DNA of 64,000 bases from the human T2T-CHM13v2.0 reference genome, Homo sapiens, in NCBI RefSeq assembly GCF_009914755.1, contig NC_060939.1. One strand, 5' to 3'. The notes beneath the pieces are model-generated. The model searched no databases, was not told the DNA's origin, and saw only the letters and a program-made list of their open reading frames with translations. The translations under genes were made by a program, and so were the position numbers. This document shows, piece by piece, positions 1 through 21,419 of this stretch (the first letter of the stretch is position 1; each line of letters opens with the position of its first letter).

Positions 1-345
1 AGAGTGACCAGAAAAGGGGGGCAATTTGTGCTGTGTGTGGGAGATGGGATGGAGGTGGGAGGGTGGTATAACGTTTCTCAAGGGCTTATTTAGCATGCCG
101 TGCACTTGACACACATTACCTGATTCTCACAATTCTCCCATTTGAGAGATGAGAAAACAGAGCCCTCTCCAGGCTCACCAGACTCTAGTGTCCCTGTTCA
201 TTTCACCGTACCTCACTGCCCAGCCCCTTCCTTTGGCAGGAGGGATTTAAGGATGTTCAGACCAGAGCCTGAGTATTCCCCTTTCCCAGTCCCGCACTGA
301 GTGGGGTTGCTGCTTGGGGAGCTGACTGAGGTTTTCTGGCCCCAG

Positions 346-432
346 GGGTGACCCAGAGCACCATGTTTTCCTGTGAAGCTCACAACCTAAAAGGCCTGGC
401 CTCTTCTCGCACAGCCACTGTTCACCTTCAAG
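346..432 (+). CDS. TYRO3: TYRO3 exon 5 (end of Ig-like domain 2; (G)VTQSTMFSCEAHNLKGLASSRTATVHLQ)
   Basis: cccag| acceptor, |gtagg donor, 87 nt; peptide recognised as TYRO3. Exon numbers are recalled; the upstream exons lie outside the window. Confidence 0.96.
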
Positions 433-1187
433 GTAGGAGGGCTGGCAGGGAGGAAGGGTGGATGAGGCCAGGGGCATTCCCAGCGAGCTGTCCAGCAGTT
501 AGAATCATTCTGTGTTCCAGCTCCCCTTGTGGTCCTGCTGGGATCTAGGGAGCAAGGGGTTAATTGGCATAGCTCCCATTCCTAGTGGGAGCACCTGAGA
601 CCCTGCGTGGCTGAGATGAGAATAGAATCCTGACGTCACAGCAGATTTCCCATCACGAAGCAGAGTCCTTGGGAGGGAGGGAAGGAGGGAGGGAGGCAGC
701 AGGAGATGGTCAAGGCCCATGCCCAGCCTTGTTTCTGCCCCTCCCTTTGAGGGGATGGGGGTGGGGAAAACAGCCTAGTACCGGATGGAGGAGACCAGAG
801 GGCTGGTGTACAGAGAGAGGGGGAGGGAGAGGGTGTCTGCAGGAGCCAGGCTGTGGCTGCAGGGGCAGCTGCCTGTCTCTCCCTTGTATCTCCCAAGCCT
901 GAGGTGCTGCCCCCACATACCCTCTCATCTTATTCCTCAGTTACACAGGGCCTTCGTGGCAGGGAGAGGCAACCTCTCTCCACAGCCCAGGCACTCTCCC
1001 AGGTGTGAGCAGCTGTGCCCTACTGGTTGCTTATTTGTGTACTGCTGTGATCCTGGGAGTGCTGAGTAGCCGTCTTTAGGTTGGGGATGCCCTGGACCCT
1101 CAGAGAGACTCAAGGCTTGACTCCCATGCCTCCTGCTGCCTCTGCTCATATCCCTACTGGGCACTGATTCTGAGTCCCCGTCCACAG

Positions 1188-1303
1188 CACTGCCTGCAGC
1201 CCCCTTCAACATCACCGTGACAAAGCTTTCCAGCAGCAACGCTAGTGTGGCCTGGATGCCAGGTGCTGATGGCCGAGCTCTGCTACAGTCCTGTACAGTT
1301 CAG
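1188..1303 (+). CDS. TYRO3: TYRO3 exon 6 (FN3-1 start; ALPAAPFNITVTKLSSSNASVAWMPGADGRALLQSCTVQ)
   Basis: ccacag| ... |gtagg, 116 nt, phase consistent with neighbouring exons. Confidence 0.96.
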
Positions 1304-1569
1304 GTAGGCTCTCCGGGCCGGGCCATGCTCGTTCTGGCTGCATGGCCAGCACTTTGTTGACAGGGATATCACACTCACTAGCCAGCTCCTGGGGGCTTGG
1401 TCTGCAGCTCTTTTCAGGCTCTGCTCCTTAGCAGGAAGAACACAGGCCACTGTCTCTTATCATGGGGTGCTCTGGCAACTAAGTGACTTTGCAGATTGGC
1501 TCAAACTCATGCATTCATAAGGTTGGAAAGCAGATCACTAGAACAGATTTGGGGTACCTGGAAGGTTTT

Positions 1570-2515
<946 letters not shown>

Positions 2516-3520
2516 TCCTACTCTGGCCCTCCTTTGGCCACACCCCTTTCCCCGGGGCAAAGAGCCTACAGGGCCAAGAGGATATGCCCATCCAGATGGC
2601 AAGGACCCCCTCACTGCCACACTATACTATAGCTATTCAGGATCTCTTGCCCTAATGGTTCTGAGTCTGCTTCTGGGGTCTGTGTGGGCCTTTTCCCTGT
2701 TCCATCTTCCCAAGGATGGACCGCAGTGTGATATGACCACCTCTAAGCCCAAGGGGCAGCCATTCGTGAGGGGGATGGGAATGGAGCTTGGATATGCAGT
2801 CAGCATTGTCCACGCCTGTGCACATGAGGCCCCTCATGGTGCAGACCTTGGCTTCAGGCCAGCTCTTCCAGTGCCTCCTCATTCTGACTCGGGACTCCAG
2901 GGATTTGGAGAGTTACAAATGCAAACCTGATCTCCCAGGTTGTTTTGAAGGTTTATTGGTCAAAATATTAAGAGAGAAACTATTTAATAGTTTGTTAGCT
3001 GATTTATAATGTTTAAATATTTAGACATATAGTACGTGGATCTCTTTGTACTCTTGCCCTGGGCCCCCAAAATGTAAGATGAAGGGCTGGTTCATAGTGC
3101 CCTAGGCTCCCAGTTTTCTCTGAGCTTCAGAAGCTCTAGAACTTTGGAGTGGCATGTAAACAGGCACAGTAAGTGGTAAGTATACCCTAAGAGTTTCGTA
3201 CCAAGTACAAAAGGACAAGAGTTTTCTGGAGTGGTTGAGAAAGGCTTTCACCAAGAAAGTGATATTTGCACTGAGTCTTAAAGGATGAGTAGGCCTTTGC
3301 TAGGAAGAGCAGGTCATTCCAAGTGAAAGGAACAGCATTTGCAAAGGTATGAAGATGTGGAACCCTGTGTATTATTGGGGTGGGGGCAGATGGGAGGGCG
3401 TGGGTTGCAAGTGTTTGCTGATAGAGGAAGCACTCATTCAAGCACCCATAACTATACCCATCCCATCTTCCATCTCTCACAGGCTCTCCCCTACATCATT
3501 AGTTTTCTGCTTTTCTGTAG

Positions 3521-3698
3521 GTGACACAGGCCCCAGGAGGCTGGGAAGTCCTGGCTGTTGTGGTCCCTGTGCCCCCCTTTACCTGCCTGCTCCGGGACCT
3601 GGTGCCTGCCACCAACTACAGCCTCAGGGTGCGCTGTGCCAATGCCTTGGGGCCCTCTCCCTATGCTGACTGGGTGCCCTTTCAGACCAAGGGTCTAG
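3521..3698 (+). CDS. TYRO3: TYRO3 exon 7 (FN3-1; VTQAPGGWEVLAV...WVPFQTKGL)
   Basis: ttctgtag| ... |gtaag, 178 nt; ORF 3521..3772. Confidence 0.96.
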
Positions 3699-4377
3699 GT
3701 AAGGGATGCATAGAGCAGAGCGGGTGGGCAGGGCTGGAGCCGGGAAGGGGGCCGTGTTGGCTGGAGTTCTGAATGGTGCTGGTAGAGATGGAGGTTCAGG
3801 CATCATTCGGCAAACATTTACTGCATATAACTACATACCACCTTGTAAGTAGTTCTTGTAGGTGGAACAGATAAGCAAACTGGAAAAGATCAGATAATGT
3901 GGTTGATAAAGAGTGTCCCCAGGTGGTTAAGGAAACCCCCCCTAAAAAGGTCTGAAGGATAAAGATCTGAAGGATCTGGGATCTGAACGATAAAGAAGAA
4001 GCCATGTAAATATCTGGGGGAAAATCACTGCCGGAGGAAGGCACAGCAAGTGCAAAGACCCTATGACAGGAACTTGCTTGGCAATTGCAAAGAGGCTGGC
4101 ATAGCTGTGAGAGGGGAGTGGTAAGGGGTGAGGCAGAAAGGCAGTAACCATGGTGATGAAGAGCAACACTGCCGAGCTGGGGTGCTGCCTGTCCTGCCCA
4201 TTGCTTACCCCTCCCCCAGCACAGTGGGTGAGAGCAGTCAGAGCTGGGAGGTGAACCCTTCCCCAGTTTGTGCCTCTCAGAGCTGTTTAGTTCTTGGGAG
4301 TTGATTCCAAAGGTCTGCATGGAATTATGATGGTGGGAAGGGCAGGGGTCTTAGCAATCTTCTCTCTTTGGCTACAG

Positions 4378-4523
4378 CCCCAGCCAGCGCTCCCCAAAAC
4401 CTCCATGCCATCCGCACAGATTCAGGCCTCATCTTGGAGTGGGAAGAAGTGATCCCCGAGGCCCCTTTGGAAGGCCCCCTGGGACCCTACAAACTGTCCT
4501 GGGTTCAAGACAATGGAACCCAG
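4378..4523 (+). CDS. TYRO3: TYRO3 exon 8 (FN3-2 first half; APASAPQNLHAIR...WVQDNGTQ)
   Basis: ctacag| ... |gtaag, 146 nt; ORF 4368..4706. Confidence 0.96.
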
Positions 4524-5038
4524 GTAAGACAGAACCCTCCCCTCTCTCCACTCTCCTGGAGTATAAGCCTTCAGGGTTCTAAGGCCTTTAAGAATTTCAA
4601 AATGATTGTCTTTGGTGGGCCTGGGTCTCCCGCAGCCCCAGGGAATCCTTTCCTCCTCACCCTCCTCTGCAAGCTCCACTTCTCAAAGGATTATGTCTCC
4701 TGTTAGGGTTGCATCCTGTGTGCACTTTGTAAATAAAGCAGGAAGCACATTCCTGCTTGAGCTGGGGGAGGGCACAGATAAGGCTTTGTCCCCAGCTCAG
4801 TTCGCTCCCATCCCCCACCTGTGCATTCCGGGACTGAGCCTTGTTTGTGTTCTGGAGAGGCCCCTGCAGCCGGGAACAGGAATGTGATTACTCCCAGAAG
4901 GTTGTGTTCCTGCAGCCCCTGAACCCACAGTGCCCCTATACTCCCATGTTCCCAGCTGGACCTTTTTCTGTCCTCAGGCCCCAGCTGGAGGCCTTCTCCC
5001 CAGGCTCACTATGGGGTGGGGGCTTTTCCTGGCTGCAG

Positions 5039-5183
5039 GATGAGCTGACAGTGGAGGGGACCAGGGCCAATTTGACAGGCTGGGATCCCCAAAAGGACCT
5101 GATCGTACGTGTGTGCGTCTCCAATGCAGTTGGCTGTGGACCCTGGAGTCAGCCACTGGTGGTCTCTTCTCATGACCGTGCAG
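5039..5183 (+). CDS. TYRO3: TYRO3 exon 9 (FN3-2 second half; DELTVEGTRANL...SSHDRA)
   Basis: ctgcag| ... |gtgag, 145 nt. Confidence 0.96.
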
Positions 5184-5336
5184 GTGAGGCTTGTAGGTGG
5201 AGAGGGGCAGAGGCTCAGGGGATCAAGGTTTTCAAGGGCAACCTAGACTGATGGGAGGAGCCTAGTAGCATCTCCCCTCCTAGTAGACCCACAGACAGAG
5301 TGAAGAAGTTGAGGCCAGGGCTGTTTAAACTATCTT

Positions 5337-6067
<731 letters not shown>

Positions 6068-6186
6068 TCAGGACCCTTATTGACCTAGAGGAGCCCCTTG
6101 AACCAGCTGGATGGCCATCCTGGGAAAGTTCTGAAGGGACCTCATGGTGTCATCCTAGCTCATGCCACTGCACCTCCCTCCCACAG

Positions 6187-6316
6187 GCCAGCAGGGCCCT
6201 CCTCACAGCCGCACATCCTGGGTACCTGTGGTCCTTGGTGTGCTAACGGCCCTGGTGACGGCTGCTGCCCTGGCCCTCATCCTGCTTCGAAAGAGACGGA
6301 AAGAGACGCGGTTTGG
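6187..6316 (+). CDS. TYRO3: TYRO3 exon 10 (transmembrane helix VPVVLGVLTALVTAAALALILL followed by RKRRK)
   Basis: ccacag| ... |gtaag, 130 nt; hydrophobic helix followed by a basic stop-transfer stretch. Confidence 0.96.
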
Positions 6317-6399
6317 GTAAGGGGATGGGGATGTGGAGGGAGAGGCAGGTAATGATGAAAGACCTTGGAGCTGACCCCAAATCCTGGGTTTTCCTTTAG

Positions 6400-6500
6400 G
6401 CAAGCCTTTGACAGTGTCATGGCCCGGGGAGAGCCAGCCGTTCACTTCCGGGCAGCCCGGTCCTTCAATCGAGAAAGGCCCGAGCGCATCGAGGCCACAT
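6400..6500 (+). CDS. TYRO3: TYRO3 exon 11 (juxtamembrane; QAFDSVMARGE...RIEAT)
   Basis: ctttag| ... |gtgag, 101 nt; preceded by an 83-nt intron. Confidence 0.96.
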
Positions 6501-6763
6501 GTGAGTGGTGGGTGATCGTGGGAAGGACAAATGGGCTGTCTTGTGCCCCATCTGCATTCTTTTACCAAATTATTAATTTGACTGATATGTCTGAACATCA
6601 GTGAGCCCCAGGCACACAAATCTGCCTGTGTGGAGTTCACCACCCCAGCCGTGGGAGACCTAAGCTCATCTCTATGCTCTGAGGGCAGAGTCTGGGGTAT
6701 AAGAGGCTGGGTTTTGGCTCAGGAATCAGAGATCCCTCTTTCCCACAAACCCTTTCCCCACAG

Positions 6764-6859
6764 TGGACAGCTTGGGCATCAGCGATGAACTAAAGGAAAA
6801 ACTGGAGGATGTGCTCATCCCAGAGCAGCAGTTCACCCTGGGCCGGATGTTGGGCAAAG
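6764..6859 (+). CDS. TYRO3: TYRO3 exon 12 (LDSLGISDELKEKLEDV...LGRMLGK)
   Basis: ccacag| ... |gtatg, 96 nt; start of the kinase Gly-loop. Confidence 0.96.
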
Positions 6860-7197
6860 GTATGTGAGGCTGTGTGGGGATGGGCATGGCTGGTTTGCTG
6901 TAGCTGGAAGTGTTTGGTTGCCCCTGTCACTTTGAGGCTGTGGGTTTGGGTCGGTTGCCGTAAACAAGATATGCTTGTAGACTCCTGAGTGTGGGATGTT
7001 TGTGGGGAATGGTGGCTGGAGACAGGGAGGGCTGAGGAGCTGCTCCCAGCATGCTCTTGCTTTGGCTACTGGCAAGGGTGCCTTCTCCACTGGCCCCAGA
7101 GTCTGCTGACTGTGTTCCCATGGAGGGTCACTTGGGAGGAAGGTTGGCAGGGAGCAGAGAGCCAAGGAGACTCTCCCTTACTTGGATTGGTTCCTAG

Positions 7198-7278
7198 GAG
7201 AGTTTGGTTCAGTGCGGGAGGCCCAGCTGAAGCAAGAGGATGGCTCCTTTGTGAAAGTGGCTGTGAAGATGCTGAAAG
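7198..7278 (+). CDS. TYRO3: TYRO3 exon 13 (GEFGSVREAQLKQEDGSFVKVAVKMLK; ATP-binding Lys)
   Basis: ttcctag| ... |gtgag, 81 nt; GxGxxG and VAVK motifs. Confidence 0.96.
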
Positions 7279-7754
7279 GTGAGTGGGGGATAGCTGTAGC
7301 CTGAGGGCATCACTTGGAAGGGTAAGAGGGGCGACTGACCCTGAAGCAGGCTCTGCTTTGCCCCTAGATTTTCCAAGAAGAGCTGGGCAGCACTAACTGG
7401 GATGCTCTTTACCACACGAATAATTCACAAGCATAAACCCAAACATACATATTCATGCCCAGCCATTGCTCTCTGCCATCGGCAGTGACTGTCCTCTGAG
7501 TCCCCTCTTGGGTGATTACAGCTGTGGTTGGTTGACCTGCTGGGCTGCCCAAACCAAAGGGAAGGGAAGGCATTAGCAAGTGGAGAAGTTGCTAAGTATC
7601 ACCACTCCTTGGGGGTTTCTCCTGCTCATGGCTGGGCTGTTTCCTGGGCTCCCTGGGAAGCCTAGGACATCTGAAGGACAAGACCTAGGAGGCCTGGGTC
7701 AAAACTAGGGGCACATCTTGTTTTATTTCCTCCTTCCCCATCCCCTTCTCCTAG

Positions 7755-7847
7755 CTGACATCATTGCCTCAAGCGACATTGAAGAGTTCCTCAGGGAAGC
7801 AGCTTGCATGAAGGAGTTTGACCATCCACACGTGGCCAAACTTGTTG
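7755..7847 (+). CDS. TYRO3: TYRO3 exon 14 (ADIIASSDIEEFLREAACMKEFDHPHVAKLV)
   Basis: ctcctag| ... |gtgag, 93 nt; helix C. Confidence 0.96.
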
Positions 7848-8035
7848 GTGAGCCCATTTTTGGGGGAGGCAGATAGAGAATAGGGCTAAAAATATGCTCT
7901 ACCAATATGAGATGGCAGCCTATAGGAGAGACTTTTGGACTCATCTGGTAAATAAATAGATGGCAAAATAGCAAGGAGGGTCCTGGCAGAAATCTGAGGT
8001 GAGGAGTGCCAAAGGTCTGCACATGAAGACTGTGT

Positions 8036-8365
8036 GGCTGGATGTGGTGGCTCATGCCTATAACCTCAGCACTTTGGGAGGCTGAGGTGGGAGAATTGCT
8101 TGAGGCCAGGGGTTTGAGACTAGCCTGGGCAGTATAGCAACAGCCCACCTCTATTTAAAAAAAAAAAACAAAACAAAAAACATACACACACACACACGTA
8201 TACAAAAATTAGCTAGGTGTGGTGGTGTGCACCTTTGTCCAGCTACCCGGGAGGCTGAGGTGGGAGGATCATTTGAGCCCAGAACATTGAGGCTGCAGTG
8301 AGCTGTGATTGCGCCACTGCACTCCAGCCTAGATGACAGAGCAAGATACTGTTTCAGAAAAAACA
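8036..8365 (+). mobile_element. AluJ-like element in intron 14 with a CA-rich linker
   Basis: Alu consensus. Confidence 0.85.
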
Positions 8366-8602
8366 AAGACTGCTTGTGTGGACAGAGAAGGAAAGGAAGG
8401 GGACAGAAGATGCTCCAGGGATATGGGAGCAGCCAGAGTCCCTCCTGGGTAGTCCCCAGACCAGTGTGGAGCCTGTGAAAAAATAAAAAATAAATAGCAG
8501 AGCCAGAGCTAGAGATGGGACCCAGCAGGTGGGGACTTATGCAGACACCTGAACTGCCCCTTGACCCTTCTATGCTCAGCTCCTGACTCTCCCTTGTCCC
8601 AG

Positions 8603-8724
8603 GGGTAAGCCTCCGGAGCAGGGCTAAAGGCCGTCTCCCCATCCCCATGGTCATCTTGCCCTTCATGAAGCATGGGGACCTGCATGCCTTCCTGCTCGCC
8701 TCCCGGATTGGGGAGAACCCCTTT
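8603..8724 (+). CDS. TYRO3: TYRO3 exon 15 ([41 protein letters not shown])
   Basis: tcccag| ... |gtgag, 122 nt. Confidence 0.96.
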
Positions 8725-9161
8725 GTGAGTACCTGGTGTGGGGGTGGCCAGGAGGAAACGGGTGGGAACACAGGGCCTGGAAAGGCATAGAGACCCTGGC
8801 AGAGAGGGGCTTGCTGGGTAGGGCTGATGGAGCTGGGTGGGAGTAGGAGGGGTCTGAGTTTGAATCCTTTTAATCTAGCAGGCTTTCTTTTCTCTCACAA
8901 AACCCTGCTGAGAAATATAGGCTGGGCAAGGGCCCTTTCTAGAGGGAGGGACTTGTGGAGCCCCAGGGTGGGGGAGTCTCGTCTTCCAGGCTCCCTCTTA
9001 GGCTAGCCGAAGCTTCCTTGCCTTGGGAAGGCCCTCCATCCCCTTCCTTCCTTCCAGTGATTCTGGGGACAGCCTTCAGGCTTTCTGGCCAGGGACCCCC
9101 ATCCATCCTGCCCCAGCTGGGTGGGCAGGTTAAGCCTGAGCTTGGCCTGTCTGTCCACTAG

Positions 9162-9271
9162 AACCTACCCCTCCAGACCCTGATCCGGTTCATGGTGGAC
9201 ATTGCCTGCGGCATGGAGTACCTGAGCTCTCGGAACTTCATCCACCGAGACCTGGCTGCTCGGAATTGCAT
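9162..9271 (+). CDS. TYRO3: TYRO3 exon 16 (catalytic loop HRDLAARNC)
   Basis: ccactag| ... |gtacg, 110 nt. Confidence 0.96.
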
Positions 9272-9467
9272 GTACGAATTCTGGAGGACTCGAGGGTGGG
9301 AGACAGCAGCAGGTGCCAAGAGGAGCTAGCTGATGGTCGGCTCCTGCCTGGGACAGTATCTGCTATGCATGGGGGTAGCTTGGGAGCAAAGATGCAAAGA
9401 TGTCCTGGCTCTTGTGGGCCTGTGAGCATGGCAGAAGGCTGACTCTCTCTCTCAATGCCCCTTGTAG

Positions 9468-9627
9468 GCTGGCAGAGGACATGACAGTGTGTGTGGCTGA
9501 CTTCGGACTCTCCCGGAAGATCTACAGTGGGGACTACTATCGTCAAGGCTGTGCCTCCAAACTGCCTGTCAAGTGGCTGGCCCTGGAGAGCCTGGCCGAC
9601 AACCTGTATACTGTGCAGAGTGACGTG
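9468..9627 (+). CDS. TYRO3: TYRO3 exon 17 (DFG, activation loop IYSGDYY, TAM signature KWLALES)
   Basis: ttgtag| ... |gtgag, 160 nt; KW(I/L)A(I/L)ES is the TAM-family motif. Confidence 0.97.
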
Positions 9628-9838
9628 GTGAGCAGGGTGGCCCGTGAAGCTTGGTGGGGACGAGTGTGAGAGCAGACCTTTAGGATCCTTAAGGGCCTAG
9701 CCAAGTCTGCTCTCTGGGGTTTGGTTGCCCCCTGATGAGGCCCTGAGCCCCAGGTTGTGCTTGTCTCAGAGCCATGGCTCTCTGCCTGGCTCAGGACACC
9801 TAGTGACAGCTTCTCCCCCAACCTCGATTCTGTCCCAG

Positions 9839-9975
9839 TGGGCGTTCGGGGTGACCATGTGGGAGATCATGACACGTGGGCAGACGCCATATGCTGGCAT
9901 CGAAAACGCTGAGATTTACAACTACCTCATTGGCGGGAACCGCCTGAAACAGCCTCCGGAGTGTATGGAGGACGT
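9839..9975 (+). CDS. TYRO3: TYRO3 exon 18 ([18 protein letters not shown]...PECMEDV)
   Basis: tcccag| ... |gtgag, 137 nt. Confidence 0.96.
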
Positions 9976-10574
9976 GTGAGTATCCTGGGAAGGGGGCTCT
10001 GGAAGGAAAGGGGAATCTGGAGTTTTGGCTGATGGCTGCCACCACAGTTGCCTCAACTGGACCTTTGTTTTTTGATAGAAACATCCTTGTAGTTGGAAGG
10101 CTGCACTCCACCTCATACTCACTGTTCATCTACCACCTCCCTGTTTTCTTTCTTTCCCCCTTTCCCATCCCAGATTTCTTGCTTTAGCCTTTGTCTATCA
10201 GTCTCTTTTCTCCAGTTTGTAAGGAGAACCAGGAACCCCAAGAGCAGAAGGCACAGTGCTGAGTAACAGTGTGGGAGGTTTCCCTGCCATCTTCCCACCC
10301 GTCATTCCTTTTCTTTTTTTAATTTGTATTTATTTTATTTTATTTGTTCTACCCTAGTGAATACAACCTTTGTCCTGGAGACCCCAGCTAGTCTAAGAAA
10401 ACTTCCTAGGCTGAGCTCTCTTGGGAATCTAAGATAAAGAACTGAGATCCTGGGAAGAAGGGAACTGCCTCCTCTTCTTTCTGCAAGCCCAAAGCCCTCG
10501 GGACTGGGCAGGCAATGATACCACCCACTTTGCTACAGTGATAACAGACCCTGTGACAAGATAATGGGAAGTGT

Positions 10575-13945
<3,371 letters not shown>

Positions 13946-14045
13946 AGGGAATAAAATTTTTTAAAACCCTAGTGCCATATGATGAAGGGGCCCCTGCTTT
14001 TGAGGGAAGGGCTCCTGCCTTTTCTCACGCTTCTCTCCACCCCAG

Positions 14046-14436
14046 GTATGATCTCATGTACCAGTGCTGGAGTGCTGACCCCAAGCAGCGCCCGAGCTTT
14101 ACTTGTCTGCGAATGGAACTGGAGAACATCTTGGGCCAGCTGTCTGTGCTATCTGCCAGCCAGGACCCCTTATACATCAACATCGAGAGAGCTGAGGAGC
14201 CCACTGCGGGAGGCAGCCTGGAGCTACCTGGCAGGGATCAGCCCTACAGTGGGGCTGGGGATGGCAGTGGCATGGGGGCAGTGGGTGGCACTCCCAGTGA
14301 CTGTCGGTACATACTCACCCCCGGAGGGCTGGCTGAGCAGCCAGGGCAGGCAGAGCACCAGCCAGAGAGTCCCCTCAATGAGACACAGAGGCTTTTGCTG
14401 CTGCAGCAAGGGCTACTGCCACACAGTAGCTGTTAG
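14046..14436 (+). CDS. TYRO3: TYRO3 exon 19, coding part (YDLMYQCW...LLQQGLLPHSSC*)
   Basis: ccccag| acceptor; TAG at 14434-14436; C-terminus matches recalled TYRO3. Confidence 0.97.
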
Positions 14437-15495
14437 CCCACAGGCAGAGGGCATCGGGGCCATTTGGCCGGCTCTGGTGGCCACTGAGCTGGCTGACTAA
14501 GCCCCGTCTGACCCCAGCCCAGACAGCAAGGTGTGGAGGCTCCTGTGGTAGTCCTCCCAAGCTGTGCTGGGAAGCCCGGACTGACCAAATCACCCAATCC
14601 CAGTTCTTCCTGCAACCACTCTGTGGCCAGCCTGGCATCAGTTTAGGCCTTGGCTTGATGGAAGTGGGCCAGTCCTGGTTGTCTGAACCCAGGCAGCTGG
14701 CAGGAGTGGGGTGGTTATGTTTCCATGGTTACCATGGGTGTGGATGGCAGTGTGGGGAGGGCAGGTCCAGCTCTGTGGGCCCTACCCTCCTGCTGAGCTG
14801 CCCCTGCTGCTTAAGTGCATGCATTGAGCTGCCTCCAGCCTGGTGGCCCAGCTATTACCACACTTGGGGTTTAAATATCCAGGTGTGCCCCTCCAAGTCA
14901 CAAAGAGATGTCCTTGTAATATTCCCTTTTAGGTGAGGGTTGGTAAGGGGTTGGTATCTCAGGTCTGAATCTTCACCATCTTTCTGATTCCGCACCCTGC
15001 CTACGCCAGGAGAAGTTGAGGGGAGCATGCTTCCCTGCAGCTGACCGGGTCACACAAAGGCATGCTGGAGTACCCAGCCTATCAGGTGCCCCTCTTCCAA
15101 AGGCAGCGTGCCGAGCCAGCAAGAGGAAGGGGTGCTGTGAGGCTTGCCCAGGAGCAAGTGAGGCCGGAGAGGAGTTCAGGAACCCTTCTCCATACCCACA
15201 ATCTGAGCACGCTACCAAATCTCAAAATATCCTAAGACTAACAAAGGCAGCTGTGTCTGAGCCCAACCCTTCTAAACGGTGACCTTTAGTGCCAACTTCC
15301 CCTCTAACTGGACAGCCTCTTCTGTCCCAAGTCTCCAGAGAGAAATCAGGCCTGATGAGGGGGAATTCCTGGAACCTGGACCCCAGCCTTGGTGGGGGAG
15401 CCTCTGGAATGCATGGGGCGGGTCCTAGCTGTTAGGGACATTTCCAAGCTGTTAGTTGCTGTTTAAAATAGAAATAAAATTGAAGACTAAAGACC
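14437..15495 (+). other. TYRO3: TYRO3 3' UTR to the proximal poly(A) site; longer isoforms are possible
   Basis: Repeat-free sequence after the stop codon, ending shortly after AATAAA; end coordinate approximate. Confidence 0.8.
15473..15478 (+). terminator. Polyadenylation signal AATAAA of TYRO3
   Basis: Canonical hexamer about 1 kb after the stop, followed by GT/T-rich sequence at 15499-15530. Confidence 0.8.
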
Positions 15496-15509
15496 TAAGG
15501 TTTTGTCTC

Positions 15510-20900
<5,391 letters not shown>

Positions 20901-21419
20901 TTATTATGGTATCCTCAGCGCTTTCGCACTTCGTAGGCACTCAATGAATATTCATTAATTGGGTGTGGGGGTAAGGGAAAGGAGGGGTCTAGTAAAATTT
21001 ATAACTGGCGATTTGGTGGTTGGTGAGAGTATTGAGTGCGTGCCTAGGGCGCACAGGGGAAAACACTGGTAATATTTACTTCACGAGACCTTTTTAGAAT
21101 TAACTAAAAGTATCTAAGGGCCTAGAAGAGTTCCTGACAATTGGCCAAAGTTCAGTAAATCTTAGAGAACACTCCTCCCCTTTTCTCCAAATTCCTCAGT
21201 TTTTCCCCAGGGTAGAGCAAGAGCAAAGGAGAGAAGCCTTTTGGGCCCTCCCTAAGCCACAGACAGGTTGGGGAAGCCTCTGGATCATTAAAAGGCAGAA
21301 AATAATTTTACATTTGGTCCTCTAAAACCCCACAAGCCCCAAATCAGAAGGCTGTGCCTGGACTTAGCTCGAGCGAGCCCAGAAGCACCTGGTGGGATAC
21401 GCAGCTGTGCCCCAGGCAT

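Noticed and set aside
13950-13955. AATAAA in intron 18
   Set aside because: Lies in an AT-rich Alu insertion flank about 90 nt before the acceptor; no supporting downstream element.
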